DNA of 64,000 bases. It comes from Macrostomum lignano. Lineage: Eukaryota. Made by a program: the position numbers and the translations under genes. Position 1 is the stretch's first letter. Every line of letters begins with the position of its first letter. Below, piece by piece: positions 25,113 to 37,100 of the stretch. Location: NCBI GenBank assembly GCA_002269645.1, contig NIVC01000460.1, forward strand, positions 248,001 to 312,000. Reading direction: 5' to 3'. A model generated the notes under the pieces. The model saw nothing but the letters and a program-made list of their open reading frames with translations. It did not search any database and was not told the DNA's origin.

Positions 25113-28100
25113 ATGACGGCTGTTTCAATATTGATATTGATGGTTGTCTCAACTCAACTGATTTCTGCCAAGTGGGCCCTGCACTATGACGGAGACCGAC
25201 ATGGTGAGCCGCCTTGATCTGCCTGTCTACTAATTTATCTATCTGTCAAAGTTACTATTGCTTCTTTATACTTCTCCATCAATTGCAGAATCCTTAACCA
25301 AGCTCGACCTGGACGAATCCTCGCTCTGCGCATCGAACCGCGACTGTCGGGCCGGCCGAGTCTGCCAACTGGTCGTCGACGTCGGCCGGAAGGGACGGTG
25401 CGTCTGCGCCAGCAGCAGCCACTGCAACCGTCGCCACCGCCACCACCGCCCAGTGTGTGGATCGGACGGCAGGCTGTACCCGAGCCACTGCCACCTGCAC
25501 CGGGCGGCCTGCGTATCCGGGACGAAAATTCGAATCCATCAACGAGGCTCCTGCGGCACTCATCGAGAGGCTGACGGCCACCGACGTCCGATAGTTGGAA
25601 CACGAGCAACTGGGAGAATTGGTGAGCAACGGGTATCAACGCCGACTGAAGGCAACGCGCCTGAGGAGAGGATAGCAGCACTCACTGAAGGGCCTGAGGA
25701 GAGGGTAGCAGCACTCACTGAAGGGCCTGAGGAGAGGGTAGCAGCACTCACTGAAGCGCCTGAGGAGAGGGTAGCAGCACTCACTGAAGCGCCTGAGGAG
25801 AGGGTAGCAGCACTCACTGAAGCGCCTGAGGAGAGGGTAGCAGCACTCACTGAAGCGCCTGAGGAGAGGGTAGCAGCACCCATTGAAGCGTCTGAGGAGA
25901 GAGAGGGTAGCAGCACCCATTGAAGCGCCTGAGGAGAGAGGGAGGGTAGCAGCACCCATTAAGCGCCTGAGGAGAGAGAGGGTAGCGGCACTCACTGAAG
26001 CGCCTGAGGAGAGAGAGGGTAGCGGCACCCACTGAAGCGCCTGAGGAGAGAGAGGGTAGCGGCACCCACTGAAGCGCCTGAGGAGAGAGAGGGTAGCGGC
26101 ACTCACTGAAGCGCCTGAGGAGAGAGAGGGTAGCAGCACTCACTGAAGCGCCTGAGGAGAGAGAGGGTAGCAGCACCCACTGAAGTGTCTGAGGAGAGAG
26201 AGGGTAACAGCACCCACTGAAGCGCCTGAGAAGAGAGAGGGTAGCGGCACTCACTGACCCACTGAAGCGCCTGAGGAGAGAGAGGGTAGCAGCACTCACT
26301 GAAGCGCCTGAGGAGAGAGAGGGTAGCGGCACTCACTGAAGTGCCTGAGGAGAGAGAGGGTAGCAGCACTCACTGAAGCGCCTGAGGAGAGAGAGGGTAG
26401 CAGCACTCACTGAAGTGCCTGAGGAGAGAGAGGGTAGCAGCACTCACTGAAGTGCCTGAGGAGAGAGAGGGTAGCAGCACTCACTGAAGTGCCTGAGGAG
26501 AGAGAGGGTAGCAGCACTCACTGAAGTGCCTGAGGAGAGAGAGGGTAGCAGCACTCACTGAAGTGCCTGAGGAGAGAGAGGGTAGCAGCACTCACTGAAG
26601 TGCCTGAGGAGAGAGAGGGTAGCAGCACTCACTGAAGTGCCTGAGGAGAGAGAGGGTAGCAGCACTCACTGAAGTGCCTGAGGAGAGAGAGGGTAGCAGC
26701 ACTCACTGAAGTGCCTGAGGAGAGAGAGGGTAGCAGCACTCACTGAAGTGCCTGAGGAGAGAGAGGGTAGCAGCACTCACTGAAGTGCCTGAGGAGAGAG
26801 AGGGTAGCAGCACTCACTGAAGCGCCTGAGGAGAGGGTAGCAGCACCTACAGAGCTGTATCATAATCCATTTTGTTAGTTGAATATTCTGCACATGAATT
26901 TGAGATTTAGTTTTACGAGTACCTAAGGTAGAATCGCTGTGCAAATGATAAAATCAGGCACATTTGAACTCAACGCAGCCCATTCTGAGAAGAAGAATGC
27001 ACCCTTTCATGGTGTATTTCTTGCAGTATTTGCCATCCACAAGCATATTTCTGTGTTTGCCAACTCAGTTGCAACCAGCTAACTGCAGTCAGCTAGTGGG
27101 TGCTCAGATAAGGAAGATAAGAAAAAAGTACTTTGAAGTGGGAGACGGGGAGTGAGGGAGAACCTCAGCATCAAGAGGCTGAGTAGCCGTCTCCTATAGG
27201 ATTTCAAAGTCAGAAGAGAAAATATCAGCTTTTCGGTCTTTTGCGGTCAAAATTTCAGTAGCAGTTTTCGATGAACTAGAAATCCACGGGAGCGCCAATG
27301 CGCAATCAAGTGGCGGGGGTCTTTCCCGAGGCTTGAATTACTTCACATGCTCAAAAAATGCCCCATAGTAGAAATCCAGAGGCTTAGTGCTTGCCAATTG
27401 TTTATTTGTTTGTTTTAGTTTGCCGAGGGGGGGGGGCGTTGAGAGCACTCGACAGCGGGCCTGACTTTCTAATTGTCAGTGACGTACACTCGATGTGGGT
27501 GGTTCCGGGCATCCGGACACGGCGGGGAGGCGTCGCCGTCCATTCCGATAACCCCTGGCGACCTCAGGCAGCTGGTGCTGCGGTGTCGCGCAGGGAGATC
27601 CGGTGGTGCCGGTGTCCGGAGAGTCCCAGGAGGTGGATGGTTGCCAGAACGTCAGAAAGGTTGGAAAGGTCCGGGTTTGGGCCGAGGTAGGTGTGCCTGT
27701 CCTGAGATGAAGTGCTCCGCATTCTCAACACCGGAGAATCAGAATGGACATTCCTCGGTATTGTTTATGAATCGTTGAACTCAAAGGTACCAGTACTATC
27801 ATTGCAACTTCCTGTAACTGTGAGCTGACCTTGAGTTGAAGGAATTATCATACTAGCTTGACACCTTTGCCCAGAGGCACTCTTATCTTGAAGGACTTTG
27901 GCTTCACCTCAGCAGCCCCAGAGACTGCTGCTGATCATCTTCTACATTAAAAAGCAGCTCGACAAGTGGCAGAGAAGGAGGGCGGTAGAAACAAACGGGA
28001 AAGTCGGCACGGGATACGACGCTGGGAGAGGAGAGGATTTTCAGAATTTTTTTTCTGGCGAGGATGGGGTATAGGGATCAGGGGGCTTGACTGGATTCCC

Positions 28101-31100
28101 GGCTAGACCGCGCATAATTACATTTTCCTGCGCGATGTATCTATCCCCTGTTTTCTCTTGTTATGCGACTGTCCTTGGCTTTGAGAGCGGAGCAGCCTAT
28201 GGAGGCCAGAGCTACCAGATCCTTAGCCATCCGTTTCCCTTCGGATTCCGCGACTGCGCTCCTCTCCCCTCCCCCCTTATTTCCCCTTGTCGCTAGGGGG
28301 AGCACCGCTAAGGCTGGGACACTAGCAAGAAGTTGCAGGGTGCACCCAGCGAGAGGCGAGGGACAGACAAGAGATAAAGAGAAGGGAGAGATTAATGATG
28401 CCCTCAACAATTTCTGTAAGCGCGACTTTTCCCCGACAAGTGGTTGTTCTGCTTAGATAGTGCGCGATGGACACAGTGTTATATAGCGTATGAGCAGACT
28501 TCTTGCTTCGTTCTTGTTCCTGTTCCTGTTCTTGTTCTTGTTCCTGTTCTTGTTCTTGTTCTTGTTCTTGTTCTTTTTCATGTTCGTATTCTTGTTCTTG
28601 TTCCTGTTCCTGTTCCTGTTCCTGTTCCTGTTCTTGTTCCTGTTCTTGTTCCTGTTCTTGTTCTGGTTCTTGTTCTTTTTCGTGTTCTTATTCTTGTTCT
28701 TGTTCTTGTTCTGGTTCTTGTTCTTTTTCGTGTTCTTATTCTTGTTCTTGTTCTTGTTCTTGTTTGTGTTCTTGTTCTTATTCTTGTTCTTGTTCGTGTT
28801 CTTATTCTTGTTCTTGTTCTTGTTCTTTTTCGTGTGCTTAATATTGTTCTTGTTCTTGTTTCTGTTCTTGTGCTTATTTTTGTTCTTTTTATTGTTCTTG
28901 TTAGTGTGCTTATTCTTATTCTTGTTCTTGTTAGTGTGCTTATTCTTATTCTTGTTCTTGTTCGTGTTCTTATTCTTGTTCTTGTTCTTATTCGTGTTCT
29001 TATTTTTGTTCTTGTTCTTGTTCTTGTTCGTGTTCTTATTCTTGTTCTTGTTCTTGTTCTTGTTCGTGTGCTTATTCTTGCTCTTGTTCTTGTTCTTGTT
29101 CGTGTGCTTATTCTTAATCTTGTTCTTGTTCGTGTTCTTATTCCTGTTCTTGTTTTTGTTCTTATTCGTATTCTTATTCCTGTTCTTGTTCTTGTTCTTG
29201 TTCGTGTGCTTATTCTTATTCTTGTTCTTTTTCGTGTGCTTATTCTTATTCGTGTTCTTGTTCTTGGTCTTGCTTTAAATAGAAAATGTACCCTCTAAAG
29301 CGGGTAGTTGACTTCAACTTCGGCACTGCCAATTTGACTTGGATTAAAATAATCTTGCGAAGCTCATTAAGTGCGGAGAGATCGATTTAAGCTAATCAGT
29401 CTGCCCTGCCAAGCTGTTGAGCTCCCAAGGGATTAATTTAAATTTGATTTCGAGTCAACGGAGAAACGTAGACGATATAAACTCAACTAATGACTTGGCA
29501 TTGACATCGAGTCGTGAAGAAAGAAATTCTCTGCGATTCCAATCAGTGAACAGAAAAAAATTGACTTGAAGGAAAGAAGTTCGAGTGGACTCGGCAGCTT
29601 GGACAAGATAATTTAAGCGCGGATTATCCCAGCAAGATTGGAGGATCATCGTGGTTTGTTTTTTGGTAGCCGTAAAATTCATCAATCTGCATATCCAGCG
29701 AGGATTAGGCGGAGTCACTCCGGGGGGGGTTGCTAAGGAAGATGAGGAGGGCAGATCCGCAATTATGAGCTGCAGTGGCTGGCCAAACTCTCGTCTTCTT
29801 CTCTCCTCTCTTTAGGAGTCGTTCTGGAAAAAAGTTTTTTTTCGAACTCATTCGAACGTGCGACCTGTGAGGGAGGGACTGGAGGGCTGGAGGGAGAGGG
29901 CTGGAGAGGGCTGGAGGGACTGTCAAATATCCTGCTAATGGTGTGGGTTCAGGGAGCTATCCAACTCGTGACGATTCAGCCCCTGCTGGGTCGAATAACT
30001 TTTAATAATTGATTTTTTTCGTTTAGCTGCGCGAAATCAACTTTAAGACCAGAGTTCTATTGGGATGCTCTACGAGTAACGAACAGATTCTCTTAATCCT
30101 TTCGACAGTTGAAATAAGAAAATATTTTGGATTTTAACCTCCGCAAGTTCAGAGCAGCCTCGAATTCCGTCACTGGCGTCCCCTGTCCAATGTCCTCCTT
30201 CAGCTGAATGTCGTTTGTAATTTTCTCTAATTTCACGCTCGAGAGCTCGCGCATAGCAGTTGTGCGGTTGGGCAGGAGACAGACCAGTGGACCCCAGCGC
30301 CAAAATTCAATTTCCTTTGCTAGTCACTCGGATTGCTTTTCCCCCTACAGCCGAGTTCTGTCTAACTCTGTTGCTCAGCGCTACGAGCGTATTCAACCAA
30401 AGGCAAAAGATGCACTGCATTAAGCAGCAGCGAATGAGCCGTTTAGCTGTAAGGCTGAGCAATTTCTTAGCCAAGACACATGTACCGTCACTGGAAAGTT
30501 TCTGATCGAATGGTTCAAGTTTGAAGAAGATCGGTTGAGCCGCTTTTTCTGAAATCGATCACATACATAATGGACAGACAAACCATTTTTAGTATATTAG
30601 ACTAGCAAGCTAGTGCCCCCCTTCGGGGCGCCCAATTAGCAAGAGACGAAAATTATTTATGAGAATCCTTTAAAATGAAAGAACATTTTCTTAAAATCAT
30701 TCCTAGTTCAGTTTAATAAATCACCTTATTCAAGTAATTTTTTTAAAGAATGTAATGAAACTTTTGAATAAACTACATGTAGCTTCTAACCTCTCAGCCT
30801 TGATATCTTAACAATTCCCCCAGTAAGCCTTGACATCTCAGCGATTCCCACCGTGGTTTGGCATATCGACATGGTAAAATTTCCTCGTACTTCTGCACAT
30901 ACACAGATTAGTGCTTAACTTGTCTTAAAAAGAGCTGTATGGACAAAATCTCATGTTCTCAACTCCCAGGCCTTCAACTTGTACATTCCGAGTGCAAATC
31001 AGGCAAGCAGTCGTTTCCATTCCACTGACTCCTGAGCTTGGGTGACTTTCTAATCGTCAGGCACGTACACTCTCTGTGCCTTAGAGGTTGGCCCTCACGG

Positions 31101-34100
31101 CTGTGAATCGCACAACAAACCCATCGGTGAATTTTTCGTGCACGCAGCCCAAGAGAATGAGGGGTCGTTTGCGCCTGAGTCTACTATTGAGCTGCTCGCC
31201 CCCCCTCTTCTCAATGGCGTATATAAAAATTAATAAGCTAAAGCTAATCCAACAAAATTTTCAGGGCATCCAGTCCGCAAGCCGTTCACCAAGTTCCTAT
31301 CAGTGAAATCCGGGGATCACCAGGCTGAACTTCTGTGCGACATCGAACTGACCGATGCGTTTGACAAAATTGAATGGCTGAAGAATGGCGAGCTTCTCTC
31401 GACTGATGAGCTCGTTGGAAAGGTGAGTCTATACAAACAATACTTTATTGTGCTATTGATCCGATTTCACTATCATTTTTGTTAAACACACACATTTACA
31501 GTCAAAAAACGCAAGTCGATTACTAACGTTGAGCGACGTTAGCCCAGAGGATGCTGGGCAATATCGTTGTCGAAGCTTCATCTATAATCAGCTCGCTCAG
31601 AATATTTCTCTGGCGGTTATTGGTAAGATTGATTGCACCTGTCCTTTAATCTCTCGGAGTGAGAGTGAAAGGGAAGTGAAAGTGAAGGGGCGGTAAGAGT
31701 GAACGGGTAGTGGGAGTGAAGGAGGAGTGAGAGTGAAGGGACAGTGAGAGTGAAGGGGCAGTGAGAGTGAAGGGACAGTGAGAGTGAAGGGACAGTGAGA
31801 GTGAAGGGGGAGTGTGAGTGAAGGTGGAGTGAGAGTGAAGGTGGAGTGAGAGTGAAGGTGGAGTGAGAGTGAAGGGGATGAGAGTGAAGGGACAGTGAGA
31901 GTGAAGGAGGAGTGAGAGTGAAGGTGGAGTGAGAGTGAAGGGGCAGTGAGAGTGAAGGTGGAGTGAGAGTGAAGGTGGAGTGAGAGTTAAGGGACAGTGA
32001 GAGTGAAGGTGGAGTGAGAGTGAAGGGGCAGTGAGAGTGAAGGTGGAGTGAGAGTGAAGGGACAGTGAGAGTGAAGGTGGAGTGAGAGTGAAGGGACAGT
32101 GAGAGTGAAGGTGGAGTGAGAGTGAAGGGACAGTGAGAGTGAAGGTGGAGTGAGAGTGAAGGGACAGTGAGAGTGAAGGGGCAGTGAGAGTGAAGGGACA
32201 GTGAGAGTGAAGGGACAGTGAGAGTGAAGGGACAGTGAGAGTGAAGGGGCAGTGAGAGTGAAGGGACAGTGAGAGTGAAGGTGGAGTGAGAGTGAAGGGG
32301 ATGAGAGTGAAAGGGGAGGGCGTGAGGGGCGAAATAAAATCACGAATTTTCTGAAACGCGACACCGCAGCCGCTCCAAGAGTGCGCGTGTACCCGTCCAT
32401 GCTCGTCCGTCGGGTCGGCGAGTCGGCTGACTTTTATTGCGACATTCAAGCGACGCTGAGCGTCTCCCGAAGGCGCTGGCAGTTCGACGCGGAGCCGCTG
32501 GAGCTGAGGCCGGGCGAGGAGAAGATCAAGACTTCCGGTGAGACTGTCAGATTTGTACTATGGTTTATGGAGAAGGCAGTAAACGGATATTAAAGTTGAG
32601 AAGGAAAGGCAAAAGTCCGATCGCGCCATGCATTAGGATCCAATGATCTCTGACCTGAAGTCGGAATACGGAAGCAGATCTGTCTCAAGATTCTCTGCTT
32701 CCTCTGCTCATGCACATTGATGCAGTGTGAGTCAGGCTCCCATCATTGCAATTAGCCTTTGTGGGGGGGGGGGTTGCAGTCTCCGGTTTCTGAGAGGTGG
32801 ACTTCCACGCAAGGACAACCAGAACCAAAGTCTGGAATGGAAAGTTCTGACAGCTGTAGGGTTACTGAAGTTCCTTTGTTTGCACCAGGGTTCGGAAAAT
32901 TCCGGCCCGCGAAGCCTCTCTTTCCGGCCCTAGGGTCTCAAGGTTTTTCTCTCCTCAGCTCTCTCTCTCTCTCCCTTTCTCTCTCTCTCTCTCCCTTTCT
33001 CTCTCTCTCTCTCCTTTCTCTTCTCTCCCCTCTTCTATCTCTTCTACCATCCCTTCTCTTGACTTACCTCTCTTCTCTCATCTCCCATTCCCTCTCCTCT
33101 CGACTGTCATCTGGCCCGCAGCCATGAGCTGGATTTGCTGTTCGGCCCTTAGGTAAAAAAGTTTGCCGATCCTTGGCTTACACTGAAAAGCTTACACTCG
33201 GTTTTTGCGTCAGCTGTCTGAAAATGGGGGAGGGTTGCGACTCCAAGTTCTGGCTGTTAGTCTCCTTGGCCCCCCCGCTCTAGATTGGATTCGCTCAAGC
33301 GAGCAGACTAATACCAATAATTAATTGTTGCCCGAGGGCTCGTGTGAAGTCGACAACTTTTTTGCAAAGGTGATCGAACGGGTGGGGCTCCCCTCCCCTT
33401 CCCGGAGATGCAATTATTAGCTAATTCCCGGTTGTCGGGAAGAGTAGCAGCGCCGCTGTAAAGCTGTCATCATCGCCGACGAAATTCGTCTCGGGTCGTA
33501 AATTACGCAACGCGAGTGTGCAGCATTTCTAGGAAAGGGAAGTTGATTATTTCCGCAAACCGGTGACTCATGACTCGCAGGGCCTCATTTTCATGGTGAT
33601 GAACTCTGTGTGGGAATGAGGATATTCATGATTAGTGATGTTATGCAAGGTTTTCTTCTGGGCATTTTTTTCTGAGTTATGTCCTCAGTAAAAGCTATGG
33701 GGGGGGGGCATGCCAATGCTTTGTCCCCCCACCCCACCTTGTGACCCGTTGTGGTAATCAATAATTTTTCTTCAGGGCGCTAAACTGAGTGCCCGCGGCG
33801 CTAAAAGGAGTGCCCGCGGCGCTAAAAAGGAGTGCCCGCGGCGCTAAAAAGAAGTGCCCGCGGCGCTAAAAAGAAGTGCCCGCGGCGCTAAAAAGGAGTG
33901 CCCGTGGCGCTAAAAAGAAGTGCCCGCGGCGCTAAAAGGAGTGCCCGCGGCGCTAAAAGGAGTGCCCGTGGCGCTAAAAAGGAGTGCCCGTGGCGCTAAA
34001 AAGGAGTGCCCGCGGCGCTAAAAGGAGTGCCCGCGGCGCTAAAAAGGAGTGCCCGCGGCGCTAAAAAGAAGTGCCCGCGACGCTAAAAAGAAGTGCCCGC

Positions 34101-37100
34101 GGCGCTAAAAAGGAGTGCCCGTGGCGCTAAAAAGAAGTGCCCGCGGCGCTAAAAGGAGTGCCCGCGGCGCTAAAAGGAGTGCCCGTGGCGCTAAAAAGGA
34201 GTGCCCGTGGCGCTAAAAAGGAGTGCCCGCGGCGCTAAAAAGGAGTGCCCGCGGCGCTAAAAAGGAGTGCCCGCGGCGCTAAAAGGAGTGCCCGCGGCGC
34301 TAAAAAGAGTGCCCACGGCGCTAAAAGGAGTGCCCGCGGCGCTAAAAAGGAGTGCCCGCGGCGCTAAAAGGAGTGCCCGCGGCGCTAAAAAGGAGTGCCC
34401 GTGGCGCTAAAAAGGAGTGCCCGCGGCGCTAAAAAGGAGTGCCCGCGGCGCTAAAAAGAAGTGCCCGCGGCGCTAAAAGGAGTGCCCGTGGCGCTAAAAA
34501 GGAGTGCCCGTGGCGCTAAAAAGAAGTGCCCGCGGCGCTAAAAGGAGTGCCCGCGGCGCTAAAAGGAGTGCCCGTGGCGCTAAAAAGGAGTGCCCGTGGC
34601 GCTAAAAAGGAGTGCCCGCGGCGCTAAAAGGAGTGCCCGTGGCGCTAAAAAGGAGTGCCCGCGGCGCTAAAAAGGAGTGCCCGCGGCGCTAAAAAGAAGT
34701 GCCCGCGGCGCTAAAAAGAAGTGCCCGCGGCGCTAAAAAGGAGTGCCCGCGGCGCTAAAAAGAAGTGCCCGCGGCGCTAAAAGGAGTGCCCGCGGCGCTA
34801 AAAGGAGTGCCCGCGGCGCTAAAAGGAGTGCCCGTGGCGCTAAAAAGGAGTGCCCGCGGCGCTAAAAAGGAGTGCCCGTGGCGCTAAAAAGGAGTGCCCG
34901 CGGCGCTAAAAAGGAGTGCCCGTGGCGCTAAAAAGGAGTGCCCGCGGCGCTAATAAGAGTGCCTGCGGCGCTAAAATAAGTGCTTGCGGCGCCAAAATGA
35001 GCGCTGACAACACTATTTTCAAAATAATGGAATGTAAGAATTTAGTCATGTACATGTTGAATTCTTGGCTTTGTCCCCCCCACCATAAAATCCATGGCGA
35101 CGCCCCAGGAAGGGCCGTTTTGCTTTCAATAACTGCTGTGCTGGATACGTCACTAGTTCATAATAAATAAATTTGTTTTATTCGGTTTTAAAATCATATT
35201 TCTACTAACCTAATTGTCGTTAATTGACAGACTCCGGCCATTGGCTGCATATTTCCAACTTGGACCGAAATCACACGGGCATCTACTCGTGTCGAGTGGA
35301 GAACATGGCCGGCGCCTCGGAGGTGGCCGGGTCTCTCTACGTGCGAAATCCTGCTGAGAATGGTGAGTATAGTCTCAACAGCTAAGAAAATTTAAGCAAA
35401 ACGGTTGCAAGGCATGAACCCTTTAAATTTTTGTCTCCGACATTTGACTGTCACAGTTTGACTGTCACAATTTGACTGTCACAATTTGACTGTCATAATT
35501 TGACTGTCACAATTTGACTGTCACAATTTGACTGTCACAATTTGACTGTCACAATTTGACTGTCACAATTTGACTGTCACAATTTGACTGTCACAATTTG
35601 ACTGTCACAATTTGACTGTCACAGTTTGACTGTCATAATTTGACTGTCACAATTTGACTGTCACAGTTTGACTGTCACAGTTTGACTGTCACAGTTTGAC
35701 TGTCACAATTTGACTGTCACAGTTTGACTGTCACAATTTGACTGTCACAATTTGACTGTCACAATTTGACTGTCACAATTTGACTGTCACAGTTTGACTG
35801 TCACAATTTGACAAAAGGCTTGAAAGTACATTATTAAACAAAAAAGATGCTCATGATGGAAAAATTGGAAAAAATGGATGCTCATGAAGAGTTTAACTTT
35901 TTTACGATCTGAAGATAAGCCCCTAATCACAAGTGCTCGCTAGATGGCTTGCGCAGAAGAGCACTATAGAGTGATTGATTGATATATCCTTTTTCGAGTC
36001 CAATCATAAAACTACCCATCAATCTGAGACAAAAATACGAAATGATGAGCACTATATTTATCGATGATGAGATCATTGAGCACTTCAAAAAAGCCTGCCT
36101 GACAGCTGGAGATAGCGAGAGAGAGGGAGAAGCAGCACGGTGAAGATTATATACTCGTAGAGAAGGATCGGCTTTTTCCTCTAGATGAGTCTCTCCCAAA
36201 TGGCTGAGCACTGATTTACTGCTCCTAGATCACCGGGTGTTTTCATATCGCGTTGCTACTCAATAAATACTCAGCCATGCGAGTTGAATCCCCTGAGGCT
36301 GCTGGGAGAGACCACTGTAGGTGCCAGTGGATGTGGCAGAACGGAATGATGTGTGTATGCGGCTCCCGCTAGGATTTAGAAACCCCAGTTTCATAATTAC
36401 TACTGTTCCCAAATTGCTTGTGGAAGTCCACAATGTATGACTACGTTCACGCTGAAGAATATTCTTAAAAAAACCATCATCAATGACTGTTCTTTGTCAA
36501 ATTTCCCATGGTTTACTGCAAGTAGCGAGTTCGCAAAATATCGCTTCTTTTTAACTAAAATCAGATTTAACATTAAAGAGAAATTCATCGCAAGCAGCTC
36601 ATAGGATACTCGAAGACTCTTTTAGCGTAATCGTGATTTCAATCATAACTCGTCATTTCATTTCGTTGCTCAACCGCCAACAGCAGTGACAAGCTATCCG
36701 CTTAGCGACGCCACCTTCGACACCTCGGTGCTGCTTCTCCACGCCGGCGGCGCCTCCGTCTGGAACGGCGACAGCTGTCAACGGAGCAAAGACCCGACGG
36801 AGGCAAGCGTGGTGGACAATTGGGATTTGAGCACCGACTGGGATGTGACGCTGTGCGAGAATCTCATCGCCTGCGACTGGGGAGCCGCTGTGCTGGCCGG
36901 TCGAAGCTGGGTCTTCGCTGCTCAACCGTCGCTTGGTCGCTTGTTGCGATTCAAGCCCGGCCAGCAGCGACCGTCGGGTCAGAAGAGGACCTACGACACT
37001 GTGCAGCTGAATTGCGCGGTGACGAGTCTCAGCTACCAGCAGCTGGCCGACAGAGTCTGGGCCGCGTGCAGCGACGGTCGAATCTTCGCCATTGACTCGG

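Noticed and set aside
28444-29298. Long hydrophobic VL/FL- and SC-repeat ORFs
   Set aside because: Stop-free readings of a (TTCTTG)n array.
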